The notes under the pieces: model-generated
The model's database searches: none
Told to the model about the DNA's origin: nothing
The model's input: the letters and a program-made list of their open reading frames with translations, nothing else
Origin: Octopus vulgaris
Taxonomy: Eukaryota
Reading direction: 5' to 3'
Length of the DNA stretch: 64,000 bases
NCBI GenBank assembly: GCA_951406725.2
Contig: OX597824.1
Coordinates: 40,858,001 to 40,922,000 of the forward strand
Part shown: in pieces, positions 39,097 through 51,958 of the stretch
How positions within the stretch are numbered: position 1 is the stretch's first letter
How the letters are laid out: each line of letters begins with the position of its first letter
Position numbers and translations under genes: made by a program

Positions 39097-39785
39097 TGAT
39101 GTCCATTTCTTAGACAATATTCTTGCAATACAATATATCAACAAACTTCCTACAGGAAATTGAAGCCTGCATGATCTGCCAACTGGGCGACCAGAAAGTT
39201 ATTTAACTTTTTCAAAGTATTTTTTACAGTTTCATACAAATAAATATTTGTTCTACTTAACATGGAATAGCACTGGATACCTCTTAGAACATTTTCTTTT
39301 GAAGCAGATCATCATCATCAACGGGACATCCTTTTTTTTTTTTTTAATAGTAAAATTGCTAATTTCAGTTTGTAACAAACCATAACACCTTGTCTTTACT
39401 TTAAATCAAAACTAAAGTTTTGTGGAACGAGAAATGAGATATGTAGCAAGATAATCCCTTATTTCAATTATTATATTTAAAAGAAAAATTAGACATCTAA
39501 TAAGCATAGTAATGAACAAAGCCAATATTTCTCCTTCTTATATCATTAGATCTTTACTCGGCTGGTTAGTTTGTTTATTTATTTTTTTTTGGCTTATTCT
39601 GGCAGAAGGGATTCTACTCTTGGCCTTCATAACTAGTGAGATCAATGTTGTTTGACATTGCTCTTGAATCCTTGCAAGTCATGGTTGTAGGTAAAACATG
39701 AGAAGCAGGGAATGGGGTGGGGTGGTGCTAATGGGCTGATGTTTTACAATGGATGCAACAGCTTTGGCACATACATATGCATGCA

Positions 39786-39845
<60 letters not shown>

Positions 39846-42072
39846 GAGAAATACCCGTTTAGTCAGTGACTAAGAATTAGAGACAGGTGTGGTGGTAGTT
39901 GTAGTGATGATGAGCATTCTGTTCTTATGTGGAACAAAATCTGTCAGATCAGTGACAGAAAGCTGTAGAAGTTTAGTAAGGATTTGTTAAAGTGGTTCTT
40001 CAAAAAGGTATGCTGTCAGAAAGCCTCACTTCACCTATTAAGACCATGCATGTACCCCCCTCCAAAACAAACAAACAAAAAACCCAGCAAAACAAAATAA
40101 AAAGCATGTTGTGTAGGCTCATGCATCTGTCATTCTGCTCAACATTTTGCATTTTATTTCTGCATCTTCTCTAACAAGAAATAAAGAGTGAGGTGGTTGA
40201 TTAGTCAAGGATGAACCCAATTTTCTTCTGGTCTTTCTTCCCACCTCTTTCTCATTCTCTCCCTCTCATAACAGTTTGTTTCTCCATTTTCTCTACCTTT
40301 TCTTTCTCTCTACTACATATTTTTTTTTGCATTTTTATTCTTTGCATGCTTTTTCTTTTGCAATTTTGTAAATACTTATATATTATAAACACACAATGAA
40401 TATGTTTATATATTTTCATGCATGTTACCTATTAATTATATTTCTGTTTTATTGTATTCTTTCAATTTTATTTCATCTTCAACATTGATGCCATGTAAAC
40501 CCCACTGCCCTTCTTTTTTTTAAACATTATATTGGTTTGTTTAATGAAGTATAAGTCTTCAATGTTTTTAGACTGATAGATTTCCAGCTGCATGTCCAAT
40601 TTAACTATATGTAACATAGCAAACTGCTAAAAGGCCAGATAGTAGTTTATTCATAGTATTATGTGTCAGAGGAGGGCTATTTTAAGTTAATAATTTGTAT
40701 TATCATCGTCAGCAAAGATGTTGTCATTTTGGACTTAAGGCCTTCTTTGGCCTTAATAAGTCACATTTCTGGCAGATTGGTCACTCTCTTAGACATATAA
40801 TGCTACAGTTCTAATTTGTAGCCTGTATATTCCTGATTTATGCCTTGTTCATTGAGAATTTGTAATAAGGTAGGGTAAATAATATTGACTGTTCTTTGAA
40901 TTAGAAGAATAAACCATAATGCTATAAAGTGAGTGTAAGCTGTGGATGTTAACCACACACACACACACCACTTATGGCTTTTCACTCAATTTCATGGAAA
41001 TAGATTATAATAGGAAAGTTCTGAACGATATATTTACTAATATTTTTAAGCATTTCGGTCACTTGTTGGCCTCTAATTCAGTTTATAATCTAATGATTCA
41101 TTCAGTCTCATATAAGAATAAATAAATCTATTTTCTCTTTATTTTCTCACCTATTTCATCTTTAAGAAAATAGGAGGGAAACTGAAAATTATTTAGACAA
41201 TTTATAAATGATTTGAACTATAATAATAGAAATACGTGCCAGATATATTTCGTTAATCTTTAGTGGGAAATAGTTGATTGCTTAATCATTTAGTTTAATT
41301 TCATTTAATTTTAATGAATTGATAGTAATTTGACATAGTTCTATTGGATCCCGTTGTAACTTATCCATTCTTTAATTTGAGGAAACTTATGCACTTTGAA
41401 TAAAATATATAACTCCGTTTAAGTTTTTTTTTTCGTGTTGTTTATTTAAAAAGGAAAGGATGTGGTAGTTTTTTTTTTTTTGTAAATTAATGTATTTTCG
41501 TTAGTGAAATTTGTTTGCTTTTGGAAAAGAAAGTTAGCTTTTTGAGTAAATAGTCATCAAATTAAAATGAAACAAAACAAACCTTTTTATTTCTTTTGAA
41601 TTGCTATTATTAAGGCATTTAGCATGTATAATTGACTGAGCATCTTTGTGTTATCATTCCTTTTTTTTTTATTTAAAATTTGATGTTTACTATGTTGTAA
41701 ATAGAAATATTGAATGAAAAAGAATAATAATGCATGTTTTTATGTTTACTTTTTCCTTTCATCCTGTGTTTTGTTTTTTCTTTTGAACTGTTATGTGCCT
41801 ACTTAGCTATAAACTAACTTGGAGACATTGTGTGGAGTTTGTAGAGCTGCAGATTTTCTTAACTATACCAAGTAACTTGGGCACTGTCTGATACTCAGTT
41901 ATATTTGACAACTAATGACTTGATCAGTGTTATTACTAGTGAGTTGCCTTAACGAGCTTAGATTGATTAAACACACAATAGAGACCTGTTACTTATTAGC
42001 TGATACTGTTTCGTCTTAGTTGCAGTTCATACTCTTCAATGGTTTTATTCTCAAAATACATGTGACTCCATT

Positions 42073-42188
42073 TTAACCTTTAGCACACTGCATTTTCTCT
42101 AGAATTGTTTCCCTTGCTACTGCCCTGTTACTACAGGGGAGAAAACTCATACGCTGAGATGATGCACCTACAGTGTGCTGAAGGTTAA
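42073..42188. mobile_element. Small TTAA-flanked MITE
   Basis: ttaa-cctttagcacactg ... cagtgtgctgaagg-ttaa (14-bp TIR, 1 mismatch). Confidence 0.8.
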
Positions 42189-42382
42189 AAGTAGCAGTAC
42201 ATTTGTGAAACTGGTAGAGCAATTACAGTGAGTTGATGTCACTCACTTGAGAAGCTTCTTTATGTGCTAAAAAGTATTTTCAAATATTGATGTTTCTTTG
42301 TTTACACTGATTCAGCTTGCATATGTGAAGGTGCAAACTCATATAACATTGAAGTCAGAATTCATAAAAGAAACAACTTCCT

Positions 42383-42611
42383 TTAACCTTTTAGGATTTA
42401 AACTGGCCTTATCTGGCCCAAATATTCTACCTGTTTCGTGTTTAGACCGGACAGGTCTGGCTTCTCACATGTACCGTACAATGGCATTCTAAAAATAAGC
42501 AATCACATTATTAATATATTGAAGCCATAAGATAATGGATGAAAAATTTAAAACAATGTGAATAAATAAGCAATATATTTGACAAAGTAATCTGAATGCT
42601 AAAGGCTTTAA
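42383..42611. mobile_element. MITE family B copy
   Basis: TTAA termini; colinear with the 45617 copy. Confidence 0.82.
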
Positions 42612-43181
42612 AAAAAAGGACAGATCAAAAATCTAAAAGAAAAAGGGAAAAATAATGTTGAAGATTTATATAATTGTAAATCTACTGCCTTAATGTCATT
42701 GCCTGTTTAAACTCTCATAAAAATTATAAAACCATACATGATTGAATTGACCAGTTGTCAAAGAGATTCAAGCCGTGACCATCATATTTTTTTTTCATAA
42801 AGTGAGAATAGGTTGCTATTTCTAACAAGTCAAACAACTAAATAAAGGAGCCTTTATTGGCTTGATACATAACTTGTTGTCCCAAAGAGTGTGGATTACA
42901 ACTTGGTACATGCATATAGGAGTTACTAATAATGTTGGGTACTTCTTTTTAACTGTGTTAGCATCATCAGTATTCATTCTCTTATTTTAATTTTCTGTTT
43001 TCTTCATCTTTTTAACATTTTATATTTTCCCATTTTTTTTCACCCTCCCCATTTTCCATTTTTATTTTATACAGTTTTATACATTTTTTTAGTTACACTG
43101 ATTGACAACCATTTTAATATATATATATATATGATATTTATATAATATAATATATAAATATAAATATTTTGCTTGATGCAG

Positions 43182-43304
43182 CAGCATGCCGAAGAACTGC
43201 CGGTATTCATGCAGGAGCCAGTGGATGAGGGTCAGGGGTGTGGGCTGAGGGAGGACAACACCGAGTTGAACCAGCATAGTCTTTCAGATATAATGGAGGA
43301 AGAT
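43182..43304 (+). CDS. RALGAPA1: RalGAP alpha exon K (NAGNAG start at 43182 or 43185)
   Basis: tgcagcag acceptor. QHAEELPVFMQEPVDEG...DIMEED resembles QEEKPLFMQEPEE. Donor GAT/gtaggt gives phase 0, matching the next exon. Confidence 0.88.
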
Positions 43305-43934
43305 GTAGGTAACCTGGCACTTTCCTCCCCATCCCTTCTCCTTCCTCTTTATTCGGTCAACACTCAGGAGATACAAACATACACTCACTCACTCACTCTT
43401 ACTCACACACACACACGCACATGTATATATCTCTTCATGTATACATTCATACATACATACATACATACATAATCCGCTCTGGTTGCTTTTTTTAAAAACT
43501 AGTTATATATTGCTTACCACCCCACAATGTTTTGTTCTCTATCCTTCACAACACCTACCCATGTCTTTGTTTATAAACAATTTTCATTATTCTGCTAGTC
43601 TTGCAATGTTCATTTATTGTGCTTCCTAATTAGTAATTAAAAAAAAAAATTGGGAGGTGGGGAAACAAGTTAGTCTTTTTTTTTTTTTGTATTCACAATT
43701 AACATGGGTTTTTGGTATGCTTATATCACTTGTCACTAACATTATAATTGTTATTTGTTGTTGTTGTTTTTGTTGTTGAAGGCAGTGGAGAATGGTAGAA
43801 GTGGTATAGTATGCCAGGATAAATACTTTACAAGACTTAGTTTTGTCTTAACATTCCAAGTTTGAATATCACAGGGGCTGAAGTTGTCTTTTACTCCTCC
43901 AGGCATTGATAACATAAGCAAAACATCAACCTAT

Positions 43935-44712
43935 GATAGTCGTTAGTAAGTTAAGTTCTCAAGTCATACTGACTCACAAGAGCTGGTTTCTCTGTTTTCA
44001 TGGTGTATATATTACCCACCTGGATAGGATGCTAGTCTATCACAGGATTACTCATTTTTGCCAGCTAAGTCAACTAGAACTATGTGAAATGAAGTGTTTT
44101 GCTCAAGAACACAATGCGTCACCTGGTCCAGGAACTGCAACCACAATCTTATGATTATGACATCAGTCATCATTGTTCAACTGTGGTCGAGGCAATGGAA
44201 TTTACCATGCTACACCAGGCTTCATGGTCCATGGAATTTACCATGCTACACCAGGCTTCATGGTCCATCATAGCAGTACGGAGGTCCTGTTGCTGGATGC
44301 CTGTATCCCTGGAGATTACATCAGGGTAGGAGAGTGTGCGCCCTCTGGTATTGCGAGTAGATGGCTTCCAGAGGAGAAGAGTAGAAATTGCCTCGTTTTC
44401 AGCTCTACAACAATGTCCAGCAAACTGGACTCTCTTACCTTTCACAAGAGATGACACAGGTGGTAGTTTCCCATACATTTGCATTTTGGTTGGATGACGC
44501 TTCCACGAGAGATTTTGAGCTCTCATTAGGAGGCGAGTGTAGGTTCCATCCAACTGCCTCTCAAGCTTCTTTGATAACGTCCAGGTTTCTGAGCCATATA
44601 GTAGAATTGGTTCAACTGTGGCTTTGAAGATTTCAAGTTTGAAGTCTCTACTTAGATTTGATTTGATATCAGTTGATACATCAGTACCCTAACGACTAAG
44701 CCACGTGCCTCT
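43935..44712 (-). mobile_element. SINE family 3 copy split by an RTE insertion
   Basis: SINE body at 43935-44167 resumes as the head at 44678-44712 (accctaacgactaagccacgtgcct), as judged from the intact copy at 62690-62900. Confidence 0.8.
44168..44677 (-). mobile_element. 5'-truncated RTE-clade LINE 3' fragment with 8-bp TSD
   Basis: ORF 44170-44553 (DGTYTRLLMRAQNLSWK...VQFAGHCCR...LLLWKP) resembles an RTE C-terminus. TSD acatcagt at 44160-44167 and 44678-44685. Confidence 0.88.
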
Positions 44713-45084
44713 ACTAATGTAGTTGTTAGAGCATTGGGTCAAATGTCTTGCAGTATTGGTTTCAGCTCTCTGCATTCTGAGGTCAATTTTTGTCCTTCAT
44801 CGTTTTGAGGTTGATGACTCAAGCAGCAGTCCATTACTGAGGTTTGATTCTCTTTTTTTTTTTTTTTTCTGTTCCTTGCTTCTTTCTGGAAGAAATCAAC
44901 TGTAGTTAGACCTAAAGAGGGATGAGTTTCATTAGAGTTCATCACAGCAGTGCTCCCTATGATTCCACAAACATTTAAGGGCCTAGGAAAGGGAGAGTAA
45001 ATACCACTCTAGTATTGGCAACTGATTCATTTGATGTTACCCTTACAAATTCATAGCTTTTTATCGATATAAGAAACTACTGCT

Positions 45085-45490
45085 GCTGGGCAGAGAATTA
45101 GGATAATCATTAGAGCATCAGATAAAATGCCTTATAATGGCTCTTTACCTTTTGAGTTCAAATCCTACCAAAGTTGACTTTGCTTTCATCCCCCTAGGGG
45201 TGAGGAAATACCTGTCTAATACTGGGCTTAATGTAATCAACTATTTTCTTCTCCTCAAAATATCTTGCCTTGTACCTATGTTAGAAGTCATTATTGTTAT
45301 TAAGAGGTAGATGAATGGCAGAATCAGGATAGTAATGGAGAAAATATCTTGAGATATGTTTTGAGCTCAAATCCCACCAGGATTTACTTTGTCATTTCAA
45401 TGAACCTCAATATATTTGACTGGTGAATGAAGGTCAAACTCGTTCAAAGTTTGTGGCCTTGTGTCTATATTAAAGGTCATTGTTGTTATT
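45085..45490 (+). mobile_element. Two tandem diverged SINE family 2 copies
   Basis: ggcaga..., gagYtcaaatcc and gccttgt.cctat motifs each occur twice. Confidence 0.6.
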
Positions 45491-45616
45491 AAGAATCTTT
45501 TTTTACCTCTACCTTTTTGGAAAAGCTGCGGGGATTGCTGACATTGAAGATAGTGAAACTAAAGGGATTTTTGGTATTGAAATGCTGCCAATACCAGTTT
45601 AACTTTTTGGAGTTGT

Positions 45617-45841
45617 TTAACCCTTTAGCATATAAACTATTCACACCTGGCCCAAATATTCTGCCTGTTTTATCTTCAATTGGCCAGATCTTGCTTCTCT
45701 AACTTACCCTGCAATGTCATTCTAAATACAAACAATTACATTGAGATCTTGAAGCTACAAGATTATGCATGATTAATTAAAAAACAATGTGATTAAAAGA
45801 ACATTACATTTGCCTGAGTAATCTGAATGCTAAAGAGCTAA
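45617..45841. mobile_element. MITE family B copy
   Basis: ttaa-ccctttagcatataaac ... taatctgaatgctaaag. Confidence 0.82.
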
Positions 45842-45860
45842 AAAGTTGCTGTTGGTATAT

Positions 45861-46205
45861 CTTTTACTTGTTTCAGTCAGTTGACTGAATGATTTAGTTC
45901 AACAAATCGACTCCAGGTTTTTTTTTTTTGAAAGCCTAGTACTTATTCTGTCAGTCTCTTTTTGCTAAACTACTAAGTTAAACACATCAATATTGGTTGT
46001 CAGCTGGTGGCTAGGGTGGGGGACTAACAAAGACACACACATAAATATATACTTATCTATACAGTGGGCTTCTTCCAGTTTCATTCTACCAAATCCATTC
46101 ACAAGGCTTTGGTCGGCTTGAGGCTATAGTAGACACTTGCCCAAGGTGCTATGTAGTGAGACTGAACCTGTAACCATGTGATTGGGAAGTAAGCTTCTTA
46201 CCACA
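45861..46205 (-). mobile_element. SINE family 1 copy
   Basis: Colinear with the 18761 copy. Confidence 0.85.
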
Positions 46206-46857
46206 TGTCAAAGGTAATGGTGCGAACTAGTCATCCATGAAGGAGGGGAAGGTTGCAGCATTTCATATGCTGTTCTCTATGATGTTTGTGTCTATGACAA
46301 TTCAAAACTCTCCTTAGAGGTTGGTGGTATGAGTTCACTTCATCCGAAATAGATACCATTGATGGTAGAATTTACTGTTATAAAGTGTGGAAGCATTAGG
46401 AATTGACAGGTATTTCATTGATTTTCAGTTTATATTTCGGCCATGTAGTGTGTGTGTGTGTGTAATTTGCTAGCAATACAACAGTATTCTATCCAAATTT
46501 AGATGTTAAATCCTTACTTAAATCCTATGAAAGCTGAAGACAAACATTTCCCTGGTGATTCAGGAGAGCAGTTGAAGTGTTGACTAAACTCATTTATTAC
46601 TACTTCAGTGTGTGAATGACTGTGTCAACTGGGTACCATACAGCCAACTGAATGGTCAGTTTGTGTCTATGGTTGTCTATAAGACAACCAGCTGAGTGAA
46701 CAGTCTGACTGGATCATTATGGTACTAGAAGATAACAAGTATGCTATTCCACCCTGAACTCATATGGTAGTACCACTACTGTTTCAATTGAATTTGTTGT
46801 TACTTTTTTTATATTACATATAAAAATTTTCTTTGGAAGTAGGTTCATAGCCTGTCA

Positions 46858-47195
46858 TTCTCTCTCTCTCTTATCATCCTCCCTATCTCTCTCTCTCTTA
46901 TCATCCTCCCTATCTCTCTCTCTCATCATCCTCCCTATCTCTCTCTCTCTTATATTCCCTATCTCTCATCATCCTACCCCTACCTCTCTCTCTTATCCTC
47001 CCTACCTCTCTCTTATCCTCCCTACCTCTCTCTTATCCTCCCTACCTCTCTCTTATCCTCCCTACCTCTCTCTTATCCTCCCTACCTCTCTCTTATCCTC
47101 CCTACCTCTCTCTCTCTCTCTTATCCTCCCTACCTCTCTCTCTCTCTTATCCTCCCTACCTCTCTCTCTCTTATCCTCCCTACCCCTCTCTCTTT
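46858..47195. repeat. Pyrimidine-rich minisatellite, core unit ctctctcttatcctccctac (20 bp)
   Basis: More than ten tandem units with variable CT length. Confidence 0.92.
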
Positions 47196-49079
47196 CCTCA
47201 TTTCTTTGCTCATTCTCTCTTTCCATTCTGATATTTTTTTTCTTTCTTCATCCTTTCCTACTTTTTTCATTACAATATAACCGCTACCTTCTTTTCACAC
47301 TCACTCCTATCTTGCTCTTGTCTTTGATGATGGTTAAGCTAATTTGCAACCAAGATAACAAGACTTATTGTTTAGTAAAATTGTAAAATGAGGTGAAATA
47401 ACCAATGTAATCAATATATCCCATGAGTAATGCTAAGCTGCCTCTGGTAAGATTTGAACTCAACAGTTATGAAACACCATTTTAAGTAGTATAAAGCAAG
47501 TTATTCATCTGCCTACCAACTGAGTCAGCAATACTGATAATTGTAAAATCGAAAAATAAGATAATAATAATCATCATCATCATCATTAGTGTACTTATTT
47601 CGCTACCCACATTCCCACTATCATCACTTTGAGTTTTTCATTACATCACTAATTTATTTATGGTATTTGTTCATGTTTTCCCTTGATTAAAATTATATTT
47701 GAAGAATAACACATTTATTGAAACTAGTTCTTATTTTGTTGATTCCTGGAGGGATGCAAGACACAATTAACCCTTTGTAAAAAAAAGAAGAAAAAAAAGA
47801 AACAAAACAAAAAAAAAACATGAATTTGAAATTGAAGGAGACAAATGTACTTACTTCATAGTGTGTACCTTAATCCTTTTACACTTTAAATATTAATAAG
47901 GATGATAACTGTTATCATTAGACTCTTTAACCTCCACCCCCTTCACTCTTGTCACTTCCTCACCTTGCCCACCCCTGTGTCTCCCACGCTCTGACTCCTC
48001 AACTGCTTGCTTATTAGAACAGAAATCAATCCCTTACTCCTCCCTCCCCTATCAATCAATATGTAATGTCTAACCACCACTGGCTTACGTTTGTTTAATG
48101 CTTCATGTACAACTAATTTCTTCATAATTTTTATTTTTGTTTTGGTTTGATTTTGCTTTTATTAAAATTGTTAATATTATTACAATGTTGTGATTGTTGC
48201 TATTATTATTGTTAACTGTTGATATTATTGCTGTTATGTTGTTATTATTATTGTTACTGTTGTACATATTATTGTGGTCATTATTGTTGGTGTTACACTG
48301 GAGGTGGCTGAGACAAAGCATGCTGACTAAATGGCATTTGAATATTTGAGTTCAAAACTCAACTACTTTGACTTTGCCTTTCATCTCACCAAATGGGATA
48401 AAATAGATACCAGCAGTAAACCTAGTTTAAATCCATCAGCCATATTCAGTCCCTTATAAGAAATTAGCTTTCTTAGTAAATAAATTTTTTGGTGTTGTGG
48501 TGGATACCTTATTGTTATGTAGAGTTTGTGAGGTACTTAATCTGCAACTCAAGTTTTGACTCCTATCATTATTATCATTGTTTAATGTGTTTTCCATGCT
48601 GGTATGAGTGGACACTTTGAAATGAGCTGATGAGCCAGGGGACTACACCAAGCTCCAATGTTTGCTTTGGCTTAGCTTCTATGGCTGAATACCCTTCCTA
48701 ATACCAGCAGTGTTCTGAGTGTGTTTCATGTGGCACCAGCACTAGTGAGGTCACCAAGTAACTTGCAAGACAAGACTCCTTGACTGATGTGGTGGGATGT
48801 GTAGTATTGAGGGAGGTGGTTTTATGCCAGGTGATGTCTGATAAAGTGATGGAAACTGGTGCCTTGCAGTAGAATATATACATGATTACATCATGTAGAA
48901 ATGGATGGAAGATGGTGAAGTGGTGTTAGGTTGTACTGTCAGGTTACATGAAGGTGAAAATTTATGAAGTAGTCCAGAGAATTGGGCAGGGTTGGACCAG
49001 GGGGAATTCTGAGAGTGTGAAAGGAATGGCAAATGGATAAACATGGGGAATAGGAGTGAATGCAGTGAATGGTAAACAA

Positions 49080-49486
49080 AGGTGCTGGTATGGCTGTGTG
49101 GTAAGAACCTTGCTTCCTAACCTCACGGTTCCAGGTTTAGTCCCTCTGCATGGCATCTTGGGCAGGTATTTTCAACTTTAGCCCTGGGCCAATCAATGCC
49201 TTGTGAGTGGATTTCCTAGATAGTAACTGAAAGAAGCCTGTTGCATGTATGTAATATATATATATATATGTGTGTGTGTGTATGTCTGTTTGTGCCCCAC
49301 CACTGTTTAACAACTAGTGCTGGTGTTTATGTCCCTGTAACTTTGTAGTTCAGCACAGTAACCGATAGAATAAGTACCAGTATTTAAAAAATAAATACTG
49401 GGGTTGATACATTCAACTAAAAATTCTCCAAGGTGGTGTCCCAGCATGGCCACCGTCTAATGACTGAAACGAGTAAAAGATAAAAG
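49080..49486 (+). mobile_element. SINE family 1 copy
   Basis: Head tggctgtgtggtaagaa...; tail ccagcatggcc...tgactgaaacgagtaaaagataaaag. Confidence 0.88.
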
Positions 49487-49523
<37 letters not shown>

Positions 49524-51958
49524 CACACACACATACATACATACATACACACACACCTCCTCCAAAGACTCCTCCCCTCTTGAAAGTTTTTCTTTTGGTC
49601 TTGCAAGTACTTGGTATCCTTAAAAGCACCCAGTTAACACTGTAAAGTGGTTGGTGTTTGGAAGGGCATCCAGCTATAAAAATCCTGCCTAAACAGTCAC
49701 AGAAGTCTGGTGCAGGCCTCTGCCTGGCCAGCTCTTTTGAAACCATCCCACCCATGCTAGCATGGGGGGCGGACATTAACTGATGATATAAATAAGTATA
49801 TATAGATATCATTTGTATATGTGTTGTGTGTGTGTATACATATATAAATGTATACACAAAAATGATATACTTAGAAGATTCCTATTCAGTGTTGTGATAA
49901 AAATATACTTTTTGTGTAGATCAGTCATTGAAACTTCATTGCAAAGCTTGTTTAAAAATGTTGGTTTCTATCTCACTAGTCTCCCTCTCTCCTCTTGTTT
50001 TATCCTCCCACAAATAAAGCATTGAAGATTATAACTTAGTGAGTCTGTTTGTCAGACTAGCCCAGATTCAGTTTTGTTAACATTATTACACGCGAATTAA
50101 TGTTGGCAATTTCTAGTCTATATGGAGGAGCTAATGAAGGAGGCCTTACACATGTTCAGTCTGCTAGAAATAGAAACCAAATTTTGCTCAAATCACAAAT
50201 AAGAAAGTGTATGTTTGTTAGTGTAGTCTTACTACATGGCTGGAATGAGTTTGACCAGAGCTGATGTTGGGATAAACAACACCTGCATGGAAAATTGTAC
50301 TTGGTGTTCCTAAAGTGGATTGTCTTTCATTTAGAGATTTACGGTATTGTTTTAATTGTTTCATCTTTATGTTTTAATTATTCTTTTTGTTTTTACTCTT
50401 TCTTCCAGTTATATTTTACCTCTTTCTAATTCATCTAGAATAATAGTGTATTTTTCAAAATATTTCCCTGAATACTTAGTGAGAATCATTTATGATTGAA
50501 TATTGTTAACTATTTTATGATTGTCTCTTCATTATGAATTCCTCTTTTTTGCTAAAATTATTTCTGTTATCTTTCTACCTGCTGTTCTGTCTGTGAGTAC
50601 CTGAGCCTTAAGGTTCAGTTCTAAAAGGGTGGTGAAATGCCTCTTAGGCCTTAAATTGGACTTTAGATGGTCTTTAGGAATTTGCTTGTGTAGTATTTAT
50701 TTGCTGTTGTTAATCCCTAAGTCTGCTTTCTTTGAGCAGATCTTTAATGAAAGGCTTTCCAGTCATGACCATCTTGTCAAAAGTAAAGTTTGATTTTGAG
50801 GAGTTAGCTTGGTTTACATAAAGTCTGCATCAGGATGCCATTGTAAATGACAAATACAGTACCTCTTAGAGGGACAGATGGTAGAAATCCACACGAGGTG
50901 GGTGAGTACATGTTTGTGATATCTTAGATCAGAAAGTGATTGCCTGGAAAATAAATTCAATGTGGTTGGGAGTTGGATATGGTAGCAAAACACTGAGTTA
51001 AAATAATTAATGGAGGTGGGCACATGGAAGAGTGGAGCATATGGATGAAATTTTTTAACCTAGTAAGGAGGGTAATGTTTTTAAATGCCTTAGTGATAAT
51101 GTGTTTTTTTTTTTTTTGCCTAATTTGTCTCGAGGTTAAAAGAAAAATATTGATTATTGATACCACTGTATCACTGGTTGTAAAGGTGTAATTGTGTACA
51201 GACAAGCTATAACCATGAAATACTGATTTTTGTTAGAAACAAAAGGTGATGGTAAACTTATAATGAATTTGACTTAAAAAAAGTCCTCCATTATATTATG
51301 TATGTTAAGGGACTTGGCCCTGACTTATTGAGGTCATCATCTTATTAATGTCATAAGATTATATAAGAAAATGTGTTTACTGTAGCTGGTGCCTATTTTA
51401 TTGTTTCCTGGAGGGATGAAAGACACAGTTTACCATTTAAAAAAAATGTGAGCTTGGAACTTGTGGAGAAAATTATACATATTAAAAAGCATGTACCATA
51501 ATTTTCTTTAAAATTAAAACATCAAACTTTAAATCATTTAGTACAAATGATATTGCCCACTTAAATCTAGAAGCTCTCCTTACTGTTTTCCTTGCTTGTG
51601 TCTTAGTTAAAAATGTTTTGAAAATACTAGATTGTCTTTTGCATGAATGATGTGCTTTTGGGTTGAGCTTTCTTATGAACACATTATTTATTTCTTACTG
51701 CTAATGTTAAGAATTATGAGAGATTTTTTTATATTGGGTTTATAAATCTATTTGCGTTCAAGAGAAATAAGTTCAAAGGCTCTTACCACAGCGCCTAATA
51801 AATTTCTGTTCACTAGGCTCCAGACCAAACTCTCCTGCTATAAGTTAATTAAATCAACATATGTATAATTGATCTAATTATACATGTCAATATGGATACT
51901 CAAAAGAACTGAAAAATGTGAGGTTGAACATATAATTCTTAATCTGAGTCTATAGCTC

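Noticed and set aside
40572-40610. Possible cassette exon in the GC-AG intron
   Set aside because: In-frame TAA in phase 0 and a weak donor.
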